A program made the translations under genes and the position numbers. A stretch of DNA of 64,000 bases from Dehalococcoidales bacterium (GTDB lineage Bacteria > Chloroflexota > Dehalococcoidia > Dehalococcoidales > CSSed11-197): assembly GCA_028717385.1 (NCBI GenBank), contig JAQUNW010000003.1, positions 12,640 to 76,639 of the forward strand. The letters run 5' to 3'. This document shows positions 18,899-27,411 of this stretch, one piece after another. Each line of letters opens with the position of its first letter. The first letter of the stretch is position 1. Below the pieces are notes generated by a model, which was given only the letters and a program-made list of their open reading frames with translations, was not told where the DNA came from and ran no database searches.

Positions 18899-19747
18899 AT
18901 GAACAAACATCCGTTTTCGATGAACAATGAAGTAGTAACCGAACAAGCAGCCAACCTTGCCCGCTGTTGGCAGGATGGTATAAAACATGCTACTTTCAAA
19001 GGTTCCAGCCAGGATTTTTGGGATAATTGGGCTAAATCTCTACCAGCAAAAACAGCAGGAAGCAACTATGTGGAAGAAGTATTAGCCAGGATGAAGTTAT
19101 TGAACACGGATTCTGTCCTGGATGTAGGCGCTGGAACTGGAGCTATGGCTATACCGATAGCAGAAAGAGTACATACATTAACTGCTTTGGATCAATCTCC
19201 CTACATGCTTGAGGTGATACGGGAAAAAGCTTCTAAAAGAGGTTTGAAGAATATTGCTACCATTAGTATCAACTGGGCGGAAGTGCAAATTGGCAGGGAT
19301 ATCGAGGCGCATGATGTAGTGCTCGTTTCAAGATCACTTCCATCGCAAGGTGATATTATCTCCAGCCTCCGTTCAATTGATAAGGCTGCTAAACGATCTT
19401 GTTACATAACATGGAAAGCGGACAGTCGCGATGCTTTAGAGGAAGAGATTTGCGACAGGCTTGGAATCCAATACCGCCCTTTTCCTGATCATCAATTGCT
19501 TTATAACTTACTATGCAGCATGGGTATTCGGGCTGATGTCGACATTTTTAGAATTACCGGTCAAAGCGTTTACCACAGTATTGATGATGCTTTTACCCAA
19601 ATTATAAGGAGTCACTCTTTTCAAAATGAAGATGAAAAACAAGCGATAAAGAATATGCTGACCGAGAAGTTGGAATACAGCAATGGTCTTTACAGCCAAA
19701 AGAAAAATAACCTCTGGGCATTAATTCATTGGAACAAAATATTATAA
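18899..19747 (+). CDS. class I SAM-dependent methyltransferase (second copy, divergent)
   Basis: SAM motif VLDVGAGTGAMAIPIA..LTALDQSPYML. I start it at the ATG at 18899 (MNKHPF); the track ORF extends to 18812. Confidence 0.75.
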   Translation: MNKHPFSMNNEVVTEQAANLARCWQDGIKHATFKGSSQDFWDNWAKSLPAKTAGSNYVEEVLARMKLLNTDSVLDVGAGTGAMAIPIAERVHTLTALDQSPYMLEVIREKASKRGLKNIATISINWAEVQIGRDIEAHDVVLVSRSLPSQGDIISSLRSIDKAAKRSCYITWKADSRDALEEEICDRLGIQYRPFPDHQLLYNLLCSMGIRADVDIFRITGQSVYHSIDDAFTQIIRSHSFQNEDEKQAIKNMLTEKLEYSNGLYSQKKNNLWALIHWNKIL

Positions 19748-19779
19748 TAGTCAATCAATTATTGGGAGGATAATAGCAT

Positions 19780-20541
19780 ATGCCACACACTATTCAGCAA
19801 AGAATTGTTGATAACCTTCAGCCTGTATCAGAAGGGCTAAAAATACAAGATGTCCGAATAGGGCTTGGGTACACGAGTGTCAGGCTCAATAATAACAACA
19901 TAGGGTTAGCCTGGACTGGCAAAGATGAACCTGGTCATTGTACTCACATGGCGGCGGCCGGTACTCTAGCCGGAAGAAGTGCATTTAGCCTGTTAAATAT
20001 GCTGATAGATCAGGGGCATTCTCTTTCTCGCACTCTTGGATTAGCTACGGCTAATGCATTGGTTGCCGGCCTTCCTCGCCCTGAGTCTGTGCAGAAAGAT
20101 TTTTTAGATATTATCGACGTTCGGGCGAAGGACAGCGTCGTAATGGTCGGTTATTTCGGCCCAGTGATTCCGCAACTCAAGAAGAGAGGATGTAAACTCG
20201 ATATACTGGAGCTGAAAACCAACAAACCAGGTGCAATTCCAGTAAGCGAAGGACAAGAACTGATGGCTACATGCAGCGTCGCCATCATCACAGCTACTTC
20301 GATAATTACAAATACTTTCGATGGATTGATGGCTCAGTTGAACAAACCAAGAGCGGTGGTTGTGCTTGGTCCCTCTTCTATTATGTATCCAGAGGTGTTT
20401 ATTAACACCCCAGTAACGCACATTAGCGGTGCTCGTGTGCTTGATGCCCAGGCTGTAGAGAGGATAGTGTCCGAAGGTGGTGGCACCCAGATATTAAAAC
20501 AATATTTGAGCTTTGAGACGATCCGCGTTTCGCACAGCTAG
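19780..20541 (+). CDS. DUF4213/DUF364 protein (second copy)
   Basis: VRIGLGYTSV...GLAWT... followed by a Rossmann-like VVMVGYFGP...VAIITATSIITNT. It is a paralogue of 17512..18255. Confidence 0.65.
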   Translation: MPHTIQQRIVDNLQPVSEGLKIQDVRIGLGYTSVRLNNNNIGLAWTGKDEPGHCTHMAAAGTLAGRSAFSLLNMLIDQGHSLSRTLGLATANALVAGLPRPESVQKDFLDIIDVRAKDSVVMVGYFGPVIPQLKKRGCKLDILELKTNKPGAIPVSEGQELMATCSVAIITATSIITNTFDGLMAQLNKPRAVVVLGPSSIMYPEVFINTPVTHISGARVLDAQAVERIVSEGGGTQILKQYLSFETIRVSHS

Positions 20542-20608
20542 TGTTGAAAGACGGCTAAAGAACAAAAAGTTGTTTCTTCTTCGTGGCTAAAATGGTAGAT
20601 TCCAGTGC

Positions 20609-21004
20609 TTAGTCAGCTCCGTTGTTTCCACCGGAGCCACTGTTTAAATCTGCAGGAATGGACTCATTCATTTTTTCGGCAAAATGGACCAGGGCATCAA
20701 CAGCACTGTCGGTACCCCATATTTTGGCTGTTTCTTCATCCAGCTTTTCATCTGTCCACATATCCAGCATGTGAGCCATATGCTCGCGTTGAGTAGTATT
20801 AAACTTGCATGTCGTATCGAGGCAGTGGGCGCCGGAGGTGCAATGATGATCGTCGATGTCTACGCTTTTTATCATTGTTCGCCTTAAAAAATCTTTACCG
20901 ATTATCATATGTCGTATTTTACCGCTATAGCTGCAAACAGCCATAGAAAAGTCTTGCCCTGAAGGCAATTTGGAATCAATCCACCTGGTTTCATATTCAG
21001 TCAT
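20609..21004 (-). CDS. hypothetical Cys/His-rich acidic protein
   Basis: 131-aa ORF containing DDHHCTSGAHCLDTTC. I recognised no family. Confidence 0.4.
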   Translation of the reverse strand: MTEYETRWIDSKLPSGQDFSMAVCSYSGKIRHMIIGKDFLRRTMIKSVDIDDHHCTSGAHCLDTTCKFNTTQREHMAHMLDMWTDEKLDEETAKIWGTDSAVDALVHFAEKMNESIPADLNSGSGGNNGAD

Positions 21005-21466
21005 CGGATAGATCTTCTCCTTGGTATATTTATAATAATTTAGTCTGGATTTCTGTGGAAACCACCAATTTTTGTCAGGTCAAACTATTGTGTCTGTTTG
21101 TGCCTGCGTTTCTACAACGCACCATTCTTGAACAACTCAACTCTCATATTTACCTGCGTGATAAGCCAGTGCCAACGACAGTAATTCTGACATATCGCAG
21201 TTTTTCTTGCTCCCCATCTAGAAAATGCCCCAGTTTACATAAAAGGCTTTTTTATGGTCAAAAGGAGCTTTATTCACAAAACAAGTATATCATAAGTCCT
21301 CAAGATCTCCCATAGAAACAGTCTTGATTAAAGAATAAAATTTAGTAGAATATCTGGTTTGTTGCCTTGGATGTTACTGCTACATTTGAATCCAATATTT
21401 AATTCTAAAGGAAGAGTTATCCTTTGATTTTGGTTGGACTCCTGGGTTATAATTAATAGTTAAAAA

Positions 21467-21916
21467 ATGAACTATTCATTTATGAACCAACAAGACATCA
21501 TCGACGAGATAGCCAATGGCTCCTATCATGCGCTACACCTGCTGCATCGCAACCTGTTAAATCTGCCAGGCCAAAAAATCATTCACCACGATTTGGCAAT
21601 TCTGAGCATGCTTGCCATGAATGGCCCGATGCTGGCATCAGAGCTGGCTGAAAAACTATCGTCGACCAGGCCGCAGATGACCCAGTTCATCGACAGGCTG
21701 GAGAAAAAAGGGGCGGTGTTAAGAAAAAGCGATACTAAAGACCGGAGACAGGTCCGGGTGGAAATAACCAACAATGGCAGGTCAACCCTCTCCGGATATC
21801 GCGGGATGGTCCGCAGCCATATTACGGAGAAGTTGGAGAAACTGGAACCGGGACAGACTGAACACCTTGCCCAAGCTTTAAGGCAAGTTATCGAGATAAC
21901 CCAGAAACTGGTATAA
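21467..21916 (+). CDS. MarR family transcriptional regulator
   Basis: 149 aa with the winged-HTH pattern LAILSML..GPMLASELAEKLSSTRPQMTQFIDRLEKKGAV.R..D..DRR. Confidence 0.85.
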   Translation: MNYSFMNQQDIIDEIANGSYHALHLLHRNLLNLPGQKIIHHDLAILSMLAMNGPMLASELAEKLSSTRPQMTQFIDRLEKKGAVLRKSDTKDRRQVRVEITNNGRSTLSGYRGMVRSHITEKLEKLEPGQTEHLAQALRQVIEITQKLV

Positions 21917-21929
21917 GAAGGAGCTATTA

Positions 21930-23471
21930 ATGACTAAACCCACCCCGCACAATAAATGGCTGGTGCTTGGCATTCTTGCTATTGCCTTATTCATGATGAA
22001 TCTTGACGTCACCATTGTGAACATCGCTCTACCTAGTATTATGAATAACCTGGATGCTTCTCTTGCAGATGCGGAATGGGTGGTTAATGTTTACATATTG
22101 GTATTTGCGATCAGTTTGATAACTATGGGGCGATTCGGAGATATTTTCGGGCGTAAGCGCATGTTCATTAGCGGCCTGGTGCTGTTCACAATCGCTTCAC
22201 TGGCCTGTGGCTTGTCTCCCAACATTCAAACATTAGTTGCCAGTCGGGCTTTCCAGGCTTTCGGCGGGGCAGCGATGATGCCGGCTACTCTTTCCATACT
22301 GAATGTTGCTTTCAAAGATGGAGGGCGTGGGCAAGCTATGGGCGTTTGGGGTGCAGTTTCTGGGGCTGCCAGCGCTCTGGGGCCTATCATTGGCGGACTG
22401 TTGGTCGATAATTTATCCTGGGAATACATATTTCTGGTTAATATTCCTCTGGGTGTACTCGCTGTAATTGCTGGCATCATCATCATTAGTGAGTCTACCG
22501 ATCCGACAGCTATCAGGCAAATCGACTGGCCGGGAATAGCTAGTGCCACGGCAGGATTATTCGGACTGACCTTTGCACTTATTGAAGGGCAGAGATTCGG
22601 CTGGAGTTCGCCGATAATTCTCGGAGCGTTTGGATTGTGCGCTATCGGGCTAGCCCTATTTTACTACATTGAAAAACGCAGCCGTGTTCCCCTGATTCGG
22701 CTAAACCTGTTCAAGAGCGTCAATTTTACCGCTGGAAATATCGTGAGCGCGCTCCTGATGTTTGGCTTGATAGGTATACTTTTCCTGCTGGTTCTATATT
22801 TCCAAATCGTTCTTGGTTTAAGTGCAGTTAAAACCGGGTTGGTGCTTTTACCAATGTCGGCGGTGGTTGTACTAATCGCTCCCTTTGCGGGCAGGATGGC
22901 AGAACGCAATGGCGTGCGATGGATATTGGCCTCTGGCATGTTGATAATATCAGTTGCGATCTTTTTCATGGCTGATTTGTCCGTCGATACTACGTGGCAA
23001 TCTCTGATTGTACCGCTGATATTAGCAGGTGTAGGCATGGGGCTCGTCATGGCTCCGGTCAATACTGTGATTATGGGGGCAGCCAAAGTCGAACAGTCGG
23101 GAGCTGCCAGCGGCATCATGACGACCATGCGGCAAATCGGAAGCCTGCTTGGCATTGCTGTACTCGGCGCTGTTCTGCAGTCACGACTTGCAAGCGGGTT
23201 GGTTTCTGCCGTGAATGGCACCGATGGTATACCTCAAGAAATTAAGAAAGCGATAATTAATGCGATCAATGACGGGGCTATGAACTTTGGAGATATGAGC
23301 GGCATGAATACCGGAGGCATGCCGGAAATGGCCCAGACAGCTATGACGCACATGTTTACTACTGAGTTTGCCAGCAGTCTTAACATGGCGATGATGGTAG
23401 CGGCGATATTCTGCCTTATCGGGGCAGTAGCAGCATTATTCATCAAGAATCCCAGCCAAATAACAAGATAA
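21930..23471 (+). CDS. MFS transporter, DHA2 (EmrB/QacA, 14-TMS) family
   Basis: 513 aa. The motifs LDVTIVNIALPSI and GRFGDIFGRKR are typical of DHA2 drug/H+ antiporters. It lies directly downstream of the MarR gene. Confidence 0.85.
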   Translation: MTKPTPHNKWLVLGILAIALFMMNLDVTIVNIALPSIMNNLDASLADAEWVVNVYILVFAISLITMGRFGDIFGRKRMFISGLVLFTIASLACGLSPNIQTLVASRAFQAFGGAAMMPATLSILNVAFKDGGRGQAMGVWGAVSGAASALGPIIGGLLVDNLSWEYIFLVNIPLGVLAVIAGIIIISESTDPTAIRQIDWPGIASATAGLFGLTFALIEGQRFGWSSPIILGAFGLCAIGLALFYYIEKRSRVPLIRLNLFKSVNFTAGNIVSALLMFGLIGILFLLVLYFQIVLGLSAVKTGLVLLPMSAVVVLIAPFAGRMAERNGVRWILASGMLIISVAIFFMADLSVDTTWQSLIVPLILAGVGMGLVMAPVNTVIMGAAKVEQSGAASGIMTTMRQIGSLLGIAVLGAVLQSRLASGLVSAVNGTDGIPQEIKKAIINAINDGAMNFGDMSGMNTGGMPEMAQTAMTHMFTTEFASSLNMAMMVAAIFCLIGAVAALFIKNPSQITR

Positions 23472-23545
23472 TAGCTGTGAGGTTCTTTGATTTGTTCTTT
23501 ACCTTATAATTAATTCTATTAATCTTCTAGACTCGATACGTAGCT

Positions 23546-23695
23546 TCACTGCATGAAAATGTTGATGATGGGTATACTTTTGTAACCTGTCACATACAGT
23601 AACACTTTTGTAGGTTGTGCTTTCAAATAGCGCGGTGCTATCAGTTTCATATACTTTCTTCGCTCATCAACACTCATCTTTTCCTCACTAGGCAT
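23546..23695 (-). pseudogene. N-terminal remnant of a DDE (integrase-core) transposase
   Basis: My translation is MPSEEKMSVDERRKYMKLIAPRYLKAQPTKVLLYVTGYKSIPIINIFMQ*. The ...ERRKY..L...RY.KA......L....TGY.. pattern matches N-termini of integrase-core IS transposases as I recall them. The family is uncertain and the rest of the gene is missing. Confidence 0.4.
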
Positions 23696-23772
23696 GCTTC
23701 ACCTCGGTAACATTCTTACTTGAGTGAATCATACCCCCTTCGGTAACATTTTAGGTGAGTGAATACGAGGGG

Positions 23773-23800
23773 TTGAATTATATCAAATAAGGTGTATAAT
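23773..23800 (+). promoter_or_regulatory. candidate sigma-70 promoter
   Basis: TTGAAT-16 nt-TATAAT. It would give a 5' leader of about 275 nt before the ATG at 24082. Confidence 0.4.
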
Positions 23801-23982
23801 AGGACTGTTTTTCCTGGTTTTGTACTTTCACAAGTAAATATTCTCTGATTTGTGTTGCCTAATCTTAAAAGTATGGCATGCAAACAATGCCCCGAATAAA
23901 TCGGGGCTGAGGGTTCAGGCGGAAACACTTGAGCCTCCCATATTTGGAAAAGAGAAAATGATTGGTTAATGCTGTTCAAAAA

Positions 23983-24008
23983 GCGTCTCTTTCCGGAGGC
24001 GCTTTTTT
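23983..24008 (+). terminator. intrinsic terminator inside the leader of the 24082 gene
   Basis: AAAAGCGTCTC-TTTCCG-GAGGCGCTTTTTT: a 7-bp GC-rich stem with one G-U pair, a T6 tail and a flanking A-run. Confidence 0.5.
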
Positions 24009-24081
24009 GTGCCGTTAGACAGTTAGGCCATAACGAATGTGAACCGGGATAACTACAAAGTAAATATAAAAGAAGGTACAT

Positions 24082-25002
24082 ATGACCGATTACCACAAGT
24101 TCCTGCCCGAGCTTAAAAGCATGACATTATTTCAAAACATTGGGGATAAAGACCTGATAGCCCTGCTGGAAGTTATGAAACCTGAAATAGTGCAGAAAAA
24201 AGCCGATGACCGGGGAATGCCACCAATCGACCTTGAACAAGGAATGTTCTGTGTTGTACTTAAAGGGAAGCCCCTCTCTCAGCTAGAATCCCGCCTCGAT
24301 ACCTATAACATGCCGAAATTCGGCGAGCCCGGCATGATGATGGGGGAAATCCCCTGTCTTTCAGAAACGCTTAAAAGCCGCGCACCCAAAATGCGGTTTA
24401 AGGGTGCTCCACCCCCTCGTCCTAAAAAAGAGACTTTTGACCTGTATATGCTTCGCATGAGCGGAGAAATGCTTACCAGATTTTACGGTAAGCAATACGC
24501 TGATGCCCAGGGAACCATGCTTCGCAACTTTCTGGGAATTCTGGCGCAAAAAGTAACTGATGTACGTAAGGAAAAGGCTGAAGCTGTTGCCAAACTGGAG
24601 GCTGAGCTTGCCCCGCACCGTCTGCATATATTCTGCGCAGGTGTTTCCATGAAACTTGTAAAGAGGGTAGCAGAAGAGTGGAACAAACTGCACCCGGATC
24701 TGCCGGCAAACGTTGTGCCGGGCGGGTCTGTAGCCCTTATCAAGGACTGTATATCCGGCGAACCGTGTGATGTTTTTATATCTGCCGACGATTCAATTAT
24801 CCAGACCATGATGATGCCCAAATATGCTGAAGGGTACCGCATCTGGGCAGGCAACAAAATGGTAGTAACCGGAGATGATATTAACAGTAGTAACTGGGAA
24901 GAAAAGCTCCTGGCAGAGGATGCAACCTTCAAGCACATGAATCCGTATGGCGATCCCGGCGGTTATCGTGCCGCCATGGGATTCTGGAAAATTCCCTGGT
25001 AA
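24082..25002 (+). pseudogene. cNMP-binding-like domain fused to a ModA/WtpA-like molybdate/tungstate-binding domain, 3'-truncated
   Basis: The N-terminus (LFQNIGDKDLIALLE...FGEPGMMMGEI) is Crp-effector-like. Residues 180-300 (HIFCAGVS...GGSVALIKDCISGEPCDVFISADDS...DPGGYRAAM) are WtpA/ModA-like. There is no signal peptide, and the frame ends 25 nt after meeting a converging truncated gene. Confidence 0.5.
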
Positions 25003-25265
25003 GCCGCGCCGGCAGCTGCCAGAGAGCAACCGATAAGGCATGCTAACAGTATTCTTGGCAGGCGGACGTTGAAAAGAATTTTTTCCATCTGGTCCGTCCA
25101 TGTTTGGTCAATTGGGAATATCTGCGAGAAAACAATTTCGAAGAGTTCACCCGGGCTGATAGGATAACGCCCGAGAAAAAAAGAAATAACAATTACAAGA
25201 AAAAGAATGACAGCCAGTCCCGTTACAATTACAGGATAGGGTATTTTCTTTTTTTCTTCTTCCAT
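24963..25265 (-). pseudogene. FecCD/BtuC-family permease, N-terminal 100-aa fragment
   Basis: GRYPISPGEL...NVRLPRILLACLIGCSLAAAGAAYQGIFQNPM parallels residues 45-125 of the intact permease at 15066, then stops where LVSPDILG would be expected. Confidence 0.7.
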
Positions 25266-25298
25266 TCCTGTATCAGTTACCTTTCATATAACGATTTT

Positions 25299-25868
25299 TT
25301 ATAGGAAACTGTAATATCCACCCTCGGCACATGTACGGCAGAGCTTTTTTCCATTTTTAACCACATGACGGGAATCGATGACGTTCTCTCCACAGTTTTC
25401 ACAGTAGATAGCTTCAACCGGCGGCCCTGCCAGGTCGCAGGGTTTTAATTCTATTTTTACGTTTCGGTAGGAAAGCAACTCCTCGAACGGCAGATTTTTA
25501 TAAAAGGCGATCATGTCTTCGCCGTCTTCAGGATATATGCGCTTTTTGTGATAGATGCGAACCGCTTTATCGGTATTCATATCGAGAAAACTGGCAGCGA
25601 CTATGCCATAGTCATAGAAACTATAACTACGCCTGCCGATTCGGCATCCGGTGACTATGCCGATGGAATCAGCCGGGCAGCGGTCGCATTCCACGAAGAC
25701 TTTCATTTTAGTCTGTTCGGATTCGTTATCCAGCTCCAGCAGCTTCATAGCATAGTGCGCCATTTTTACACCGATGCATTGTCCGGAACAGAGGTGCCCG
25801 TGATAAGCGATAGCCAGTTTCATATCCTCTTCGAAAGTTCTCATTTTTACTCCCTTTGTATATATCAA
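25299..25868 (-). CDS. FmdE-family protein with C-terminal zinc ribbon (second copy)
   Basis: 189 aa with HGHLCSGQCIGVKMA...ECDRCPADSIGIVTG and CENCGE...CRTC. It is a paralogue of 16959..17525. Confidence 0.75.
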   Translation of the reverse strand: MIYTKGVKMRTFEEDMKLAIAYHGHLCSGQCIGVKMAHYAMKLLELDNESEQTKMKVFVECDRCPADSIGIVTGCRIGRRSYSFYDYGIVAASFLDMNTDKAVRIYHKKRIYPEDGEDMIAFYKNLPFEELLSYRNVKIELKPCDLAGPPVEAIYCENCGENVIDSRHVVKNGKKLCRTCAEGGYYSFL

Positions 25869-26079
25869 TATATTAATATAGATATTAAGATAATCAGAAT
25901 ACTTGTAACGCTTGTGTGTTGTAAACGTATTATCGGTATATTAACAGAGATATATGGCATAGTCAATATGTGTATATCGTCAGGGAAAATGAGACAGTTT
26001 CAATACATTAGGTAAGCGACACCTAAGGGCTTGCTCCATTACTGGCAAAGCAGTAAATTATTAAGCAAAGGAGTAAGCC

Positions 26080-26229
26080 ATGGTACAACAAATTACGGAT
26101 AAGTGCTGGCAAGTTGAGGCCAGAAGTGAAGAAACCAGACAATTCATCCGGGATATTAAGCGCCAAACACGCCGCAAATTCACCGCTGAAGAAAAAGTTC
26201 GTATTGTATTGGAAGGCTTTCGCCGGGAT
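26080..26229 (+). pseudogene. IS3-type OrfA (HTH transposase) N-terminal fragment
   Basis: RRKFTAEEKVRIVLEGFRRD is the characteristic start of IS3-family OrfA HTH proteins. The similarity ends abruptly at about 26230, where recombinase-like sequence begins in another frame. Confidence 0.5.
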
Positions 26230-26235
26230 ACTCCT

Positions 26236-27302
26236 TATAGACCGTCAGGGTTAAGGATGGCAATGCCGAGAGAACCAGGCTTGAACCTCATCCCGAGCAG
26301 GCAACGGTGGTTGAGATGGTATTTAATGGTGTATTAAGCGGCAAGGTGCTTATCGAAATAACCAGAGGTCTTAATGAAAGGCTGGTACCGGGACCATCAA
26401 ACAAGAAATGGGTTAAAACCAGCCTGCATGGCATTCTTACCAACGAGGTCTATACCGGTACTGCAGTATGGGGTAAGTCCAGCAAGCAGGGGTTACCACC
26501 GGTAAGGGTTGAGGATGCTTATCCGGCTATTGTCAGCTGGGAGGTGTTTGACCGGGTAAGAACGATGCTGGGGGAGCGGGCACCGGCTAAGGTTAATCCC
26601 AGGCGGATTGCCAGCCGTTTCCTGTTAAGCGGCCTTGTCCGCTGTAGCTACTGCGGCAAAGGTTTATGCAGCCGGGATGCCAAGGGTGGGAAGTTTTCCT
26701 ACTATGCCTGTACCACCAAGGATAAGCAGGGCCCATCTGCCTGCCCGAGTGTGTACTATAACAGCCGTAAGCTGGAAGGGCTTATTGTTGATAGGATCAG
26801 AGGCCTGATACTGACTGAAGAAAACCTGCCACAGCTCATATCGCTGGTCAAGGAGCAGGTGAATGCTGACACAATCGAGTACCAGGAATAACTCGGTCTG
26901 ATCAGCCAGGAGCAGGACAGGGTATCTGGCAGGCTTGACCGGCTGTATGATGCGCTTGAAACCGGTAGTGTCAGCCTAGCCGACCTTGCTCCCCGGATAA
27001 AGGAGTTAAGAAACCGGCAGGAAGAACTGGCTAACCGGAAACTTGAGATTGAATCATCAATGTCTGAGCATTGGATAAGTGGAATAGATCCCAACAGGAT
27101 CAAATACTATATCGACAACCTCAAAGCCCTGCTTGACCACGGTGAGCTATTTGAGAGAAAGGCATTTATCAGAAGTTTTGTACAGGAAATCATTGTTTCC
27201 AAACACGATGTGAAGCTGATCTATGCGATGCCTATGATCCCGAGCGTATCAGAATCGTTTGAGGAAGAAGTTCTACATTCTGTACGGTATGGTGGGCGGT
27301 AG
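26236..27302 (+). pseudogene. large serine recombinase lacking the catalytic resolvase domain, with an in-frame TAA at 26889
   Basis: The recombinase domain (LEPHPEQATVVEMVF...W..TSLHGILTNEVYTG) and zinc ribbon (CSYCGKGL...YYACT) are present, and a coiled-coil tail continues in the same frame after the TAA (LGLISQEQDRVSGRLDRLYDALETG...). There is no N-terminal Ser-catalytic domain. Confidence 0.75.
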
Positions 27303-27366
27303 AGGACTCGAACCACTGACCTCTGCGATGTCAACGCAGCGCTCTAACCAGCTGAGCTAACCGCCC
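27290..27366 (-). tRNA. tRNA-Val (anticodon GAC), CCA encoded
   Basis: GGGCGGTTAGCTCAGCTGGTTAGAGCGCTGCGTTGACATCGCAGAGGTCAGTGGTTCGAGTCCTCTACCGCCCACCA. It has a 7-bp acceptor stem, D and anticodon stems, and the loop TTGACAT. There is one U-U mismatch in the T stem. Confidence 0.88.
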
Positions 27367-27411
27367 GGGTAGTAAATATACTATATATTTGAGATAAAAT
27401 AGTCAATAAAT

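Noticed and set aside
21055-21315. 86-aa ORF in the 460-bp gap upstream of the MarR gene.
   Set aside because: It has no RBS, an odd composition (Cys/Phe/Leu-rich, low complexity) and no motif. The region is more likely the promoter/operator region of the MarR-MFS unit.
23528-23540. A possible left att repeat of the tRNA-Val 3' end (AGACTCGATACG versus AGGACTCGAACC).
   Set aside because: Only about 10 of 12 positions match over a short stretch, which is compatible with chance. The island's left border is therefore left undefined.
23880-24010. Moco/Tuco riboswitch upstream of the ModA-like gene.
   Set aside because: The GAGCCUCCC and GGAAAAGAG segments are only 10 nt apart, whereas the Moco motif places comparable elements at opposite ends of a fold of about 100 nt. 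There is no convincing match.
23716-24096. 126-aa minus-strand ORF across the 23.7-24.1 kb intergenic region.
   Set aside because: It has no RBS and no motifs. It runs through a promoter, hairpins and a bidirectional terminator. It is more plausibly non-coding leader sequence.
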